From: Gemmatimonadales bacterium
GTDB taxonomy: Bacteria > Gemmatimonadota > Gemmatimonadetes > Gemmatimonadales > GWC2-71-9
Length of the DNA stretch: 64,000 nt
Reading direction: 5' to 3'
Assembly: GCA_035553475.1 (NCBI GenBank)
Contig: DATNDQ010000014.1
Location: 7,350-71,349, forward strand
Numbering within the stretch: the stretch's first letter is position 1; every line of letters starts with the position of its first letter. Below the pieces are notes generated by a model. That model saw only the letters and a list, made by a program, of their open reading frames with translations, ran no database searches and was not told where the DNA came from. Shown here piece by piece: positions 8,883 to 18,014 of the stretch. The position numbers and the translations under genes are program-made.

Positions 8883-10510
8883 GAAACGCGGCTGGCGCGG
8901 GCCACGCCGGTCATGAACTCGCGTGCCCGCTGTACTTCGGTGAGGTAGTCGGCGATCTCCTCGGTCTCCTGGGTTCGGTCCCAGCCGAGGAGATCTGCCA
9001 TCCGGCGGGCCACCGGGGGAGCGGCGGCGCTCCCGTGAGCCGGATCTTCGTAAAACAGATGCGTCCGCCGGATCAGGACATCGGACAGCCGCATCGCCAT
9101 TTCCCGCTCCACTGCATGAACGACCTCGGCCCACACTTCCGGGCGGCCGTCGAGGATCGGCCTTCCCAGTGTACGGTCCCGTTCGATCAGATTCACCAGC
9201 GCCGCGGATTCCGAGCCATAGGTATGTACCAGATGCCGGGCGACCGGCTCCGCGATATCCCGCGCGCGCGCCGACTCCACCATCACTTCGAGATCCGCGA
9301 TATCTCCGCCCGGCAGCACCAGGTGATCGGTCGCGGCACGCGTGGGCACCGGCCGCCCATCCGCGTCGTGGAGCTTCTGCGTTACCCGATCCACCACGTC
9401 TCGACCCATCACGCGGTGCGTCGTGAGCTTGCCTCCGGCGATCGTCATCAGCCCGCTGGCGCTCTCGACGATGCGATGCTCCCGGGAAACCTGCGCTGGC
9501 GTCGCCGACTTCTCCGGCGCGAGCAGGGGACGCAAGCCCGCCCAGGTCGAGATGACGTCTTTCGGAGCGAGCCGCGCCTGCGGAAAGAGGGCGTTGGCCG
9601 AGCGGAGCAGGTAGATGACGTCGTCCGCGGTGGCGCGCACCTCGTCGGGGGACACGCTGTCGTCGGTGTCGGTGGTGCCGATGTAGCTCACGTCATCCCA
9701 GGGAAGGACGAACATGACGCGGCCGTCCACCGGAGAGAGCAGGGTGATCGCGTTGGTGTGGCCGATGCGGGACCGCGGCACCACCACATGGACACCCTTG
9801 GTGGGGCGCAGCAGCGCCGGCGCGGTCGGGTCATCCATGCGGCGGAGTCCGTCCACCCACGGCCCCGTCGCATTCACCACGATCTTCCCCTGAATGGTCG
9901 CGGTCTGGCCCGTGAGCTGGTCCTGCACGACCACGCCCTTCACGGTGCCATCGGGCTTGGATAGCGCCGTCACCTCGACGTAGTTCGCGACCTGGGCACC
10001 CGCGAGTACCGCGGCTCGAAGATTGGCGAGCGTCAGGCGGGCGTCGTCGGTCTGCGCGTCCCAGTACAACCCCGCACCCGTCAGCCCTTTTTCCCGGAGC
10101 CCCGGTTCCATCCGGCGGGCCGCTTTCCGCGAGAGCCACTTGTGCGTGTGAACATTTCGGAAGGACGCCAGCAGATCGTAGATCCAAAGTGCTGCGAAGA
10201 TCTTCCACCCCGGCACGCGGGAACCACGATAGGCGGGGAAGAGGAACGGCAGGGGGCGCACGAGGTGCGGCGCGATGTTCAGGAGGACCCGGCGTTCCCG
10301 GCTGGCCTCGAACACGAGTCTGAAGTCCCCGTGCTCCAGGTATCGCAAGCCACCGTGAATCAGCCGTGAGGAGTGAGAGCTGGTGCCGCCCCCGAAATCA
10401 CCCTTCCCGACCAGGCCGACCGAAAGTCCCCGCAGCGCGGCATCACGTGCGATGGCCGCTCCGGTGATGCCGCCGCCGATCACCAGCAAATCGACCGGCG
10501 CGTCGGTCAT
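8879..10510 (-). CDS. glpD: FAD-dependent glycerol-3-phosphate dehydrogenase
   Basis: ORF 8879..10750 with the start taken at ATG 10510 (MTDAPVDLLVIGGGITGAAIARDAALRG, the FAD dinucleotide fold). The SSHSSRLIHGGLRYLE motif and overall length fit GlpD. Confidence 0.85.
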   Translation of the reverse strand: MTDAPVDLLVIGGGITGAAIARDAALRGLSVGLVGKGDFGGGTSSHSSRLIHGGLRYLEHGDFRLVFEASRERRVLLNIAPHLVRPLPFLFPAYRGSRVPGWKIFAALWIYDLLASFRNVHTHKWLSRKAARRMEPGLREKGLTGAGLYWDAQTDDARLTLANLRAAVLAGAQVANYVEVTALSKPDGTVKGVVVQDQLTGQTATIQGKIVVNATGPWVDGLRRMDDPTAPALLRPTKGVHVVVPRSRIGHTNAITLLSPVDGRVMFVLPWDDVSYIGTTDTDDSVSPDEVRATADDVIYLLRSANALFPQARLAPKDVISTWAGLRPLLAPEKSATPAQVSREHRIVESASGLMTIAGGKLTTHRVMGRDVVDRVTQKLHDADGRPVPTRAATDHLVLPGGDIADLEVMVESARARDIAEPVARHLVHTYGSESAALVNLIERDRTLGRPILDGRPEVWAEVVHAVEREMAMRLSDVLIRRTHLFYEDPAHGSAAAPPVARRMADLLGWDRTQETEEIADYLTEVQRAREFMTGVARASRVS

Positions 10511-10642
10511 TTTCGCGAGAGCGGCCGCGCGGCCGCGGTGAGAGAACGAGGTTTCGGCTCCCAACGAAACGGCCTCCGCTTGGCTCGCCCGGCAGCGTGG
10601 TGGTAGGTTTCTCTGGTTGAGTGTGACCCGAGGGAGAATGTA

Positions 10643-11896
10643 ATGCCTCAAGGAGACCGCCGCGTCGCCATCGTCGCCGGATGCCGAACGCCGTTCGCCA
10701 AATCGGGAACGGTGTTCCGGGACGTGCTCGCAGTGGACCTCGCCCGCCACGCGGGGCGAGAGCTCCTGGAGCGGACGAATCTCGATCCGCGCGAAGTCGA
10801 TGAGGTGATTTTCGGGCAGGTCGTCGCCTCGCCCCTGGTGCCGAACATCGCCCGCGAGGTCAGTCTCCTTCCCCAGCTTCCGAAAGAAATCCCCGCCTAT
10901 ACCGTCAATCGAGCCTGCGCCTCCTCAGGCCAGGCCGTGACCAACGCCGCCGATCAGATCGTGCGAGGGCACGCCGACATCGTTCTCGCCGGCGGAGTGG
11001 AATCCCTCTCCGACGTCCCGATTCTCCATACCCACCGGATGGCTCAGATCCTGACCGAGCTGTCCAAGGCCAAGTCACTGGGTGCCCGGCTCGCCACGCT
11101 GGCGAAGATCCGGCCCCGCGACCTGATCCCCGTCGCTCCAGCCATTTCCGAGCCTTCCACCGGGGAGACGATGGGGCAGTCGGCAGAGAAGATGGCCAAG
11201 GAGAACGGCATCACCCGGGAAGCGCAGGACCAGTGGGCCCTTCGCAGCCACAAGCTCGCGGCGGCAGGGACCGCCGATGGGCGCCTCAAGGCCGAAATCG
11301 TGCCCTGGCTTCCCTATGACGGCGGTGCCCCGATCACGGCCGACAACGGCATCCGGACCGACACGACGCTCGAGCAGATGGCCAAACTCAAGCCGGTCTT
11401 CGACCGCCGGTACGGATCTGTCACCGCCGCGAATTCGTCCCCACTCACTGACGGTGCGTCTGCCGTGCTCCTCATGAGCGAGGATGCCGCTCGAACCCTC
11501 GGCTACAAGCCGCTGGCGTTCATCAAGTCGTACGCGGTCGCCGCCGTGGATCCGGGATGGCAGCTTCTTCAGGGACCCCTGTGGGCCGTGCCGAAGGCGC
11601 TCGAGCGCGCGGGGATTCCGTGGAGCTCGCTCGGGTTGCTCGAGGTGCACGAGGCGTTCGCCGCACAGGTCCTGTCGAACTTCAAGGGGTGGAGTGAAAA
11701 GGGGTGGAACGTGAACCCCGACATCATCAACGTGATGGGCGGGTCCATCGCCATCGGCCATCCCTTCGGCGCCACCGGCGGCCGGGTGATCACGACCCTG
11801 GCGAATGAGATGAACCGCCGCGACGTCCAGTTCGGCCTGGTCTCGATCTGCGCGCAGGGCGGGATGGCTTTCGCTTGCGTCCTGGAGCGGGTCTGA
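10643..11896 (+). CDS. fadA: acetyl-CoA C-acyltransferase (3-ketoacyl-CoA thiolase)
   Basis: Thiolase motifs: VNRACASSGQA (active-site Cys), NVMGGSIAIGHPFGATG, CAQGGMA. Stop TGA 11894..11896 overlaps the next ATG (TGATG). Confidence 0.9.
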   Translation: MPQGDRRVAIVAGCRTPFAKSGTVFRDVLAVDLARHAGRELLERTNLDPREVDEVIFGQVVASPLVPNIAREVSLLPQLPKEIPAYTVNRACASSGQAVTNAADQIVRGHADIVLAGGVESLSDVPILHTHRMAQILTELSKAKSLGARLATLAKIRPRDLIPVAPAISEPSTGETMGQSAEKMAKENGITREAQDQWALRSHKLAAAGTADGRLKAEIVPWLPYDGGAPITADNGIRTDTTLEQMAKLKPVFDRRYGSVTAANSSPLTDGASAVLLMSEDAARTLGYKPLAFIKSYAVAAVDPGWQLLQGPLWAVPKALERAGIPWSSLGLLEVHEAFAAQVLSNFKGWSEKGWNVNPDIINVMGGSIAIGHPFGATGGRVITTLANEMNRRDVQFGLVSICAQGGMAFACVLERV

Positions 11897-14019
11897 TGGC
11901 TGGTCCGGCGCTGACCTGGGAGATCACCGACGGCATCGCGATCGTCACCTTCGACACGCCCGGGACGTCGGTGAACGTCATCTCGGCGTCGGTGAAGCAG
12001 GAAGTGATCCGGGCGTTCGATACCCTCAAAGCCGACGAGCGCGTGAAGGCGGTCGCATTCTTCTCCGGCAAACGCGACAACTTCATCGCGGGCGCCGACA
12101 TCGAAGAATTCGTGAAACTGCAGACCGCCTCGGAAGCCGAGCAGCTCTCTGCCGACGGTCAGGCGATGCTCGGCAAGATCGCGGAATTCCCCAAGCCGGT
12201 CGTCGTCGGCATTCACGGCGCGTGTCTGGGGGGCGGACTCGAGTTCTCGCTCTGCTGTACGTACCGCATCGCCACCGATCATCCCAAGACGTCGATCGGG
12301 CTTCCTGAGATCAAGCTCGGCATTCTCCCCGGCGCCGGCGGTTGCCAGCGGCTTCCGCGGCTGATCGGTGTTCGCGCGGCGCTCGACATCATCCTCGCAG
12401 GCAAGACGGTCCCCGCCAGGAAGGCGCTGCAGGTGGGCATCATCGACGAGATGGTGCCGCAGTCGATCCTCAGGCGGCAGACGCTGGAGATCGCGAAGAA
12501 GCTCGCGGGCGGCTGGCGGCCCCACCGGCACCGTCCGGGCGGGTTGATGGGCTTCCTGCTCGACGGCAATCCGCTGGGGCGGATGCTCGTGTTCAACCTG
12601 GCGCGCAAGAGCGTCGAGAAGGAGACGCACGGAAACTACCCGGCGCCCCTCGCGGCGCTCGACGCCGTCGAGTTCGGCCTCAAGCACGGGATGACGGCCG
12701 GGCTCGCGCATGAAGCCAGAGGGTTCGGCCGACTCGCGGTGACCGACGTCTCGCGCAAGCTCGTCCAGATATTTTTTGCGGACACCGCTCTCAGGAAGGA
12801 GCCCTGGGTTTCTGCCACCGGTTCGGAGGTCCGCCGTCTCGGCGTGGTGGGATCGGGTTTCATGGGGAGTGCCATTGCGGGAGCCGCCGTGACCCAGGCG
12901 GGCGTGGACGTGCGGCTCAAGGATGAAGATCTGTCCAGGATCTCCAAGGGCATCGCGGCGGCCCGCCGGGTGGTGGATGACAGACTTAAGAAGCGGCGGA
13001 TTACCAAGTATGATCGCACCCGGCTCGTTGCATTGGTGTCCGGCGACGCGGCGTACACGGGGTTCGGGCGGGCCGATCTCGTGATCGAGGCAGTCTTCGA
13101 GGATCTGAAGGTCAAGCAGAAAGTGCTGCAGGAGGCCGAGGCGGTTCTACCCAAAACCGCGGTATTCGCGACGAACACCTCGACGATCCCGATCCATGAA
13201 ATCGCGGCGGTATCGACCCGGCCGAGCCAAGTCATCGGGATGCATTTCTTCTCGCCCGTTCCGCTAATTCAGCTGCTGGAGATCATCCCCGGGAAAGACA
13301 CCACGCCCGAGACCATCGCCACCACGGTCCAGTTCGGTCGGCGGATGGGGAAGATCCCGATTGTGGTGAAGGACAGCGCGGGTTTCTGGGTCAACCGAGT
13401 TTTGGCGCCATACCTCTGTGAGGCCGCGTACGTACTGCTCGAAGGCACCGCCATCGAGGAAATCGATCGGGCCATGGTGCAGTTCGGTTTCCCCGTCGGA
13501 CCCATCACCCTGCTCGACGAAGTCGGTTTGGACGTGGCGGTGCACGCTTCGGAAGTGCTCTTCAACGCCTTTGGCGAGAGAATGAAGCCGGCGCCGGCGC
13601 TCGAGGCCATGATCAAGGACCAGCGATTGGGCCGAAAGGCTTCGAAGGGGTTCTTCCGGTACGAGAAGGGAAAGAAGCTTGGGGTGGACGAGAGTGTTTA
13701 CACCCTCGTCGGGGTCCATCCCAACGGCGGTCCTCGCGCAGCCGAGATCGTCCAGCGGCTGTCTTTGGCGATGCTGAACGAGGCCGCTCGGGCGCTCTCG
13801 GAAGGAGTTGTGCGGTCACCCCGCGACGGTGACATGGCCATGGTCTACGGGACCGGCTTCCCACCTTTCCGCGGTGGGCCCCTCCGCTACGCCGACGACC
13901 TCGGCGCCGCGCGGATCGTCGACGACCTCGAACGCCTGACCGAACGGTTGGGCATGCGATTCACGCCCTGCGACGCGCTGAAGGACCTCGCGCGGAGCGG
14001 CGGCAAATTCTACTCCTGA
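11896..14019 (+). CDS. fadJ: multifunctional enoyl-CoA hydratase / 3-hydroxyacyl-CoA dehydrogenase
   Basis: ATG 11896 in ORF 11875..14019. N-terminal crotonase fold (GACLGGGLEFSLCC, LPEIKLGILPGAGG). Central NAD fold (LGVVGSGFMGSAIA). Thiolase-first gene order as in fadIJ. Confidence 0.9.
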   Translation: MAGPALTWEITDGIAIVTFDTPGTSVNVISASVKQEVIRAFDTLKADERVKAVAFFSGKRDNFIAGADIEEFVKLQTASEAEQLSADGQAMLGKIAEFPKPVVVGIHGACLGGGLEFSLCCTYRIATDHPKTSIGLPEIKLGILPGAGGCQRLPRLIGVRAALDIILAGKTVPARKALQVGIIDEMVPQSILRRQTLEIAKKLAGGWRPHRHRPGGLMGFLLDGNPLGRMLVFNLARKSVEKETHGNYPAPLAALDAVEFGLKHGMTAGLAHEARGFGRLAVTDVSRKLVQIFFADTALRKEPWVSATGSEVRRLGVVGSGFMGSAIAGAAVTQAGVDVRLKDEDLSRISKGIAAARRVVDDRLKKRRITKYDRTRLVALVSGDAAYTGFGRADLVIEAVFEDLKVKQKVLQEAEAVLPKTAVFATNTSTIPIHEIAAVSTRPSQVIGMHFFSPVPLIQLLEIIPGKDTTPETIATTVQFGRRMGKIPIVVKDSAGFWVNRVLAPYLCEAAYVLLEGTAIEEIDRAMVQFGFPVGPITLLDEVGLDVAVHASEVLFNAFGERMKPAPALEAMIKDQRLGRKASKGFFRYEKGKKLGVDESVYTLVGVHPNGGPRAAEIVQRLSLAMLNEAARALSEGVVRSPRDGDMAMVYGTGFPPFRGGPLRYADDLGAARIVDDLERLTERLGMRFTPCDALKDLARSGGKFYS

Positions 14020-14042
14020 TCATCTAAAGGATCTACACGACG

Positions 14043-14975
14043 ATGCTGCGCGCCGGCCTTCTCTGGCTCAGCGAGCAACCGCAGGTATTCCGTTTCGTCC
14101 GGTCCAGCCGGCTGGCGCAGAAATTCGCGTCCCGGTTCGTCGCCGGCGAAACCGTCGATACGGCCATCGCGGTCCTCAAGGACCTGAACGCCGCGAATCT
14201 GACCGTGAGCCTCGATCTCCTGGGTGAGTCGGTCAACTCAGCCGAGGAAGCAAAGAATGCGCAGCACAGCTACCTCGAGCTCCTGGATCGCATCCAGAGT
14301 GCCGGTGGGAACGGCAACGTCTCGGTGAAACTGACGCAGATGGGCCTGGACATCGACGAAGCGCTCTGCGTGGCGAATCTCCGGTCGATCATCGGGCGGG
14401 CCAAGCAATACCACTCGTTCGTGCGGCTCGACATGGAAGGGTCGGCGTACACCGAGCGGACCCTGTCGATGTTCAAGCGCACCTTCTATCCCGAGTTCGG
14501 TCAATCGACGGGAGTGGTGCTGCAGTCCTACCTGCGGCGCACCGCGAAGGATGTGGACGAGATGATCGGTCTGGCTGCGCGGGTGCGGCTCTGCAAGGGC
14601 GCGTACAAGGAGCCCGCGACGGTGGCGTTCCCCAACAAGGCGGACGTCGACGCGAACTACGTCGCCTGCATGGAGCAGTTGATGGAGCGGGGCAACTATC
14701 CGGGCCTCGCCACCCACGACGAAAAGATCATCGAGCACGCGAAGGAGTTCGCGAAGAAGAAGGGCATCGGGGCCGAGCGCTTCGAGTTCCAGATGCTGTA
14801 CGGCGTGCGCCGCGACTTGCAAGTGAAACTCCGCAAGGAAGGCTGGAACCTCAGGGTCTACGTGCCGTACGGCACGCACTGGTATCCCTACCTGATGCGC
14901 CGGCTCGCTGAGCGCCCGGCCAACATGTGGTTCATCCTCGGCAACGTGATCCGGGAGTCGCTACGACGGAGTTGA
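14043..14975 (+). CDS. proline dehydrogenase (monofunctional)
   Basis: About 310 aa. Motifs VSLDLLGESV, VSVKLTQMGL, VRLCKGAYKEP, FEFQMLYGVR are typical of the stand-alone PutA-type proline dehydrogenase domain. Confidence 0.85.
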   Translation: MLRAGLLWLSEQPQVFRFVRSSRLAQKFASRFVAGETVDTAIAVLKDLNAANLTVSLDLLGESVNSAEEAKNAQHSYLELLDRIQSAGGNGNVSVKLTQMGLDIDEALCVANLRSIIGRAKQYHSFVRLDMEGSAYTERTLSMFKRTFYPEFGQSTGVVLQSYLRRTAKDVDEMIGLAARVRLCKGAYKEPATVAFPNKADVDANYVACMEQLMERGNYPGLATHDEKIIEHAKEFAKKKGIGAERFEFQMLYGVRRDLQVKLRKEGWNLRVYVPYGTHWYPYLMRRLAERPANMWFILGNVIRESLRRS

Positions 14976-15289
14976 GCTCCCCCGATGGCACGCTGGGCGG
15001 ATACCAGCGAGTGCATCAGCGGGCGCCGGCGTTCGGCGGCAGCGACGGGCAGGCTTACACGGTGTCGACCTTCGTGGATGACGATCCCGATCCGGCAGGT
15101 CAGTACGGGGCGGCCCTGTTGTTCATCCGGTGGTCCGAAGCCGGCGACCGCCCGGTCGGCCACGTCGAGACCGACTACCTGGCTTTCGGTCCCGATCCCG
15201 CCGCCGCCCTCGCCCCGGTTCTCGAGCTCTCCCTGGAAGACGTGAAAGCCCACCTCGACCGCCTGCTGGCGATCCGGACGGCCGATTGA
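14972..15289 (+). CDS. hypothetical protein
   Basis: Frame of ORF 14927..15289. TTG 14972 overlaps the upstream stop as TTGA, and its own stop overlaps the rsgA TTG as TTGA. Coding-like GC3. No family recognised. Confidence 0.4.
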   Translation: MSSPDGTLGGYQRVHQRAPAFGGSDGQAYTVSTFVDDDPDPAGQYGAALLFIRWSEAGDRPVGHVETDYLAFGPDPAAALAPVLELSLEDVKAHLDRLLAIRTAD

Positions 15290-16212
15290 CCTCGGGCGTC
15301 GTGTTGGCCCGGTCCGGCTCGACGTACCGCGTTCACGCCGAGGGCCGGGAGATCGTGGCCACACTTCGCGGCAAGCTCAAGCACAAGGACGACGATCGTG
15401 TCGTGGTCGGCGACGTCGTCGAGATGGACATGGAATCCGAAGACTCGGGCGCGATCACGGGCATCAAGGAGCGCCGCAGCGTGCTCCAACGACGCGCCGC
15501 GGGGCAGGGCGCGGGCCGGTCTCAACCGATCGCCGCGAACGTCGACCAGGTACTGATCGTCGCCTCGGCCCGCGACCCCGAGCTCACGCCGCGCATGATC
15601 GACCGGTTTCTCGTCATCGCCGAGGCGAACCATCTGCCGGCATTCGTGGTCGTGAACAAGTCGGAGCTGGATCGTGAAGCCGGTCCGGCCCTCGCCGAGC
15701 GGTACCGGGCAGCCGAGTACCCCGTGCTGCTCACGTCGGTGAAAGTGCCCGAGGGACTGGGCGAGCTCGAGGAGCGTCTGCGGGGGCGTGAGACCGTACT
15801 GGCAGGTCAGTCCGGCGTGGGGAAATCGAGCTTGCTGAACGCCATCGAACCGGGTTTGAAGCTGCGGATCGGGGCCATCAGCGAGAAGTGGCGCACGGGC
15901 AAGCACACGACCACCGCGGCCGAGCTGATCCCGCTCAAGGCCGGAGGGTATGTGGTGGATACGCCGGGGATGAGGGAAGTCGGGACCTGGGGAATCGAGC
16001 CGGCCGAGCTCGGATCGTGTTTCCCCGAGTTTCGGCAATTCCTCGGACAGTGTCGGTTCGACAATTGCCGGCACTTGAACGAGCCATCCTGCGCCGTGCG
16101 GCAGGGAGCGGACGCGGGAGCCTTCCCCAAGGACCGCCTGGTGTCGTACGAGCGGATCTACGAGGAAATCAACGTTCCTTCCTGGTCCAGCGGTCGGCGT
16201 CGCGGGTCCTGA
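15286..16212 (+). CDS. rsgA: ribosome small-subunit-dependent GTPase A
   Basis: ORF 15130..16212; the upstream part is an Arg/Pro shadow. TTG 15286 (or GTG 15301) precedes the OB-fold VLARSGSTYRVHA. Motifs VVNKSELD, LAGQSGVGKSSLLN, and the zinc knuckle CRFDNCRHLNEPSCAV. Confidence 0.85.
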   Translation: MTSGVVLARSGSTYRVHAEGREIVATLRGKLKHKDDDRVVVGDVVEMDMESEDSGAITGIKERRSVLQRRAAGQGAGRSQPIAANVDQVLIVASARDPELTPRMIDRFLVIAEANHLPAFVVVNKSELDREAGPALAERYRAAEYPVLLTSVKVPEGLGELEERLRGRETVLAGQSGVGKSSLLNAIEPGLKLRIGAISEKWRTGKHTTTAAELIPLKAGGYVVDTPGMREVGTWGIEPAELGSCFPEFRQFLGQCRFDNCRHLNEPSCAVRQGADAGAFPKDRLVSYERIYEEINVPSWSSGRRRGS

Positions 16213-16501
16213 CCTTCGCCATGGTGGCCGCGAACGCCTGATCCAGGTCGATGTGCTGTGAGTTCGCGAGACAGATGACGACGAACAGGATGTCCCCGAG
16301 CTCCAGAGCCAGGTTCCCCGCCGGCTCCTCCGCCTTCTTCGTCTTCTGACCAAAACGATGATTGATCTCGCGGGCCAACTCGCCTACTTCTTCCGTGAGC
16401 CGTGCAAGGTTGGTCAGCGGACTGAAATATCCTTCTTTATATTGGCTGATCCATTGATCGACTGCCGCCTGGGCCTCGCCAAAAGACACCGGAGCCTCCA
16501 T
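16169..16501 (-). CDS. MazG-type nucleotide pyrophosphohydrolase domain protein
   Basis: ATG 16501 (MEAPVSFGEAQ) in ORF 16169..16564. The EEVGELAREI and LELGDILFVVICLAN motifs are the MazG EExxE/D helices. Its 3' end overlaps rsgA by 44 nt (convergent). Confidence 0.8.
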   Translation of the reverse strand: MEAPVSFGEAQAAVDQWISQYKEGYFSPLTNLARLTEEVGELAREINHRFGQKTKKAEEPAGNLALELGDILFVVICLANSQHIDLDQAFAATMAKVRTRDADRWTRKER

Positions 16502-16503
16502 TC

Positions 16504-17742
16504 GTGACTGCCGCCAAACCGCTGGTGATGCCATTTCGGGGAGAGCGCTATGCGCGCCCGTCACTGGACGCGGTTCTGGCTCCTCCGTACGACGTCATTT
16601 CTCCGGACGCGAGGAAGACGCTCGCGGCCCGCGACCCCCACAATATCGTGCACCTCATTCTGCCGGAAGCGGCGGTGGCGGAGGAGAAGTACGCGCAGGC
16701 CGCGCGGCTCCTCCGCGAGTGGCGCAAGACCGGCGTGCTGGCCGAAGACCCGGGGCCGTCCGTCTATGTCGTCGCCCAGGACTACACCCTGCCGTCGGGT
16801 GAACATCGCACTCGCGTGGGCATGCTTGCTGCCGTCTCCGCCGAGCCGTACGAAACCAGGCGCATCAAGCCTCACGAGAAGACGCACGCGGGCCCGAAGG
16901 CCGATCGCCTCGCCCTCCTGAAGGAAACCCAGACCGGCCTTGAGTCGATCTTCCTGCTCGCCCCCGACGCGGATCGGGGACTGACGAAGGCCCTGCTCGA
17001 GGTGACGAAGACCAACCCCGCGGCGCAGGGGACCCTCGACGGGGTTGGCCATCGGCTGTGGGTGGTGACCGGGAAGGCGGGTGACCAGTTGGCGGAGCGG
17101 GCGTCCGCGGGCGCGCTCTACATTGCCGACGGGCACCACCGGTACGAGACCGCGGTCGCGTACGCCAAGGAGAACCCCAGGGCCGACCGGGTCATGGCCT
17201 TCATCGTTTCGGCGCATGACCCCGGGCTCGTCGTCCTGCCGACGCACCGCGTCATCTACGGTGCGGGCCGGGATGTGTCGCACCTGATCGAGCAGTGGAA
17301 GCTGTGGTTTGATGTGACGGCGGGCGCAAACGTGACCGACGTCGTGGCCCACCTCGCCAAGGCGGGCGCGTCTCATCCTGCCTGTTTCGTCGCGCTGCCC
17401 AGGGACGGGCACACACTGGTGCTGCGGGCGAACGCGCCCCTCGACGACGTGCCGGGTCTGGGCACGAGTCCGGCCCTCCGGTCCCTCGACGTCGCGGTCA
17501 TCGAGCCCCTCGTCGTGAAACAGATCCTGGGTGCGGGTACCTCCACGCCGACCCTCACCTACACCCCCGACGCCAAGGCAGCGCTCGACGCCGTGAAGAC
17601 CGGCCGCGCCGCGGCGTCCGTGCTGCTGAACCCGACCAAGGTGTCGCAGGTGGTCGCGGTGGCGGATGCGGGAGAGGTGATGCCGCAGAAGTCCACCTAT
17701 TTCGTGCCCAAGGTGCCCGCCGGACTGGTTCTCAAACCATGA
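16504..17742 (+). CDS. DUF1015 domain-containing protein
   Basis: GTG start at 16504. PFRGERYA...LAPPYDVISPD...NIVHLILPE and ADGHHRYETA are the characteristic DUF1015 motifs. Confidence 0.8.
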   Translation: MTAAKPLVMPFRGERYARPSLDAVLAPPYDVISPDARKTLAARDPHNIVHLILPEAAVAEEKYAQAARLLREWRKTGVLAEDPGPSVYVVAQDYTLPSGEHRTRVGMLAAVSAEPYETRRIKPHEKTHAGPKADRLALLKETQTGLESIFLLAPDADRGLTKALLEVTKTNPAAQGTLDGVGHRLWVVTGKAGDQLAERASAGALYIADGHHRYETAVAYAKENPRADRVMAFIVSAHDPGLVVLPTHRVIYGAGRDVSHLIEQWKLWFDVTAGANVTDVVAHLAKAGASHPACFVALPRDGHTLVLRANAPLDDVPGLGTSPALRSLDVAVIEPLVVKQILGAGTSTPTLTYTPDAKAALDAVKTGRAAASVLLNPTKVSQVVAVADAGEVMPQKSTYFVPKVPAGLVLKP

Positions 17743-18005
17743 GTGCCGGCCGTCCGCGGGAGCAAATCCTCGGGAACCTCGAGTCCGTGTATCGCGAGGC
17801 GTACGACCGCGCCAAGACGGCGGGCGATGAGCGCCGCATGGCCGATCTGGATGCCGCGTATCAGCGGGAACAGCTCCTCTTGGAAGTTCTGCTCGATATT
17901 CGGGACGGCCTGACGTCGAGGTCCGCTCCAGCGGCGCCCGCACCGTCCGGCCCCGACCCCATCGCTGTCGTCGACACCATCCGCCGAATCAGCCAGCTCC
18001 GCTAA
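17739..18005 (+). CDS. hypothetical small protein
   Basis: ATG overlaps the DUF1015 stop (ATGA). High GC3, helical-looking 88-aa product. No family recognised. Confidence 0.5.
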   Translation: MSAGRPREQILGNLESVYREAYDRAKTAGDERRMADLDAAYQREQLLLEVLLDIRDGLTSRSAPAAPAPSGPDPIAVVDTIRRISQLR

Positions 18006-18014
18006 GGGAGATTT

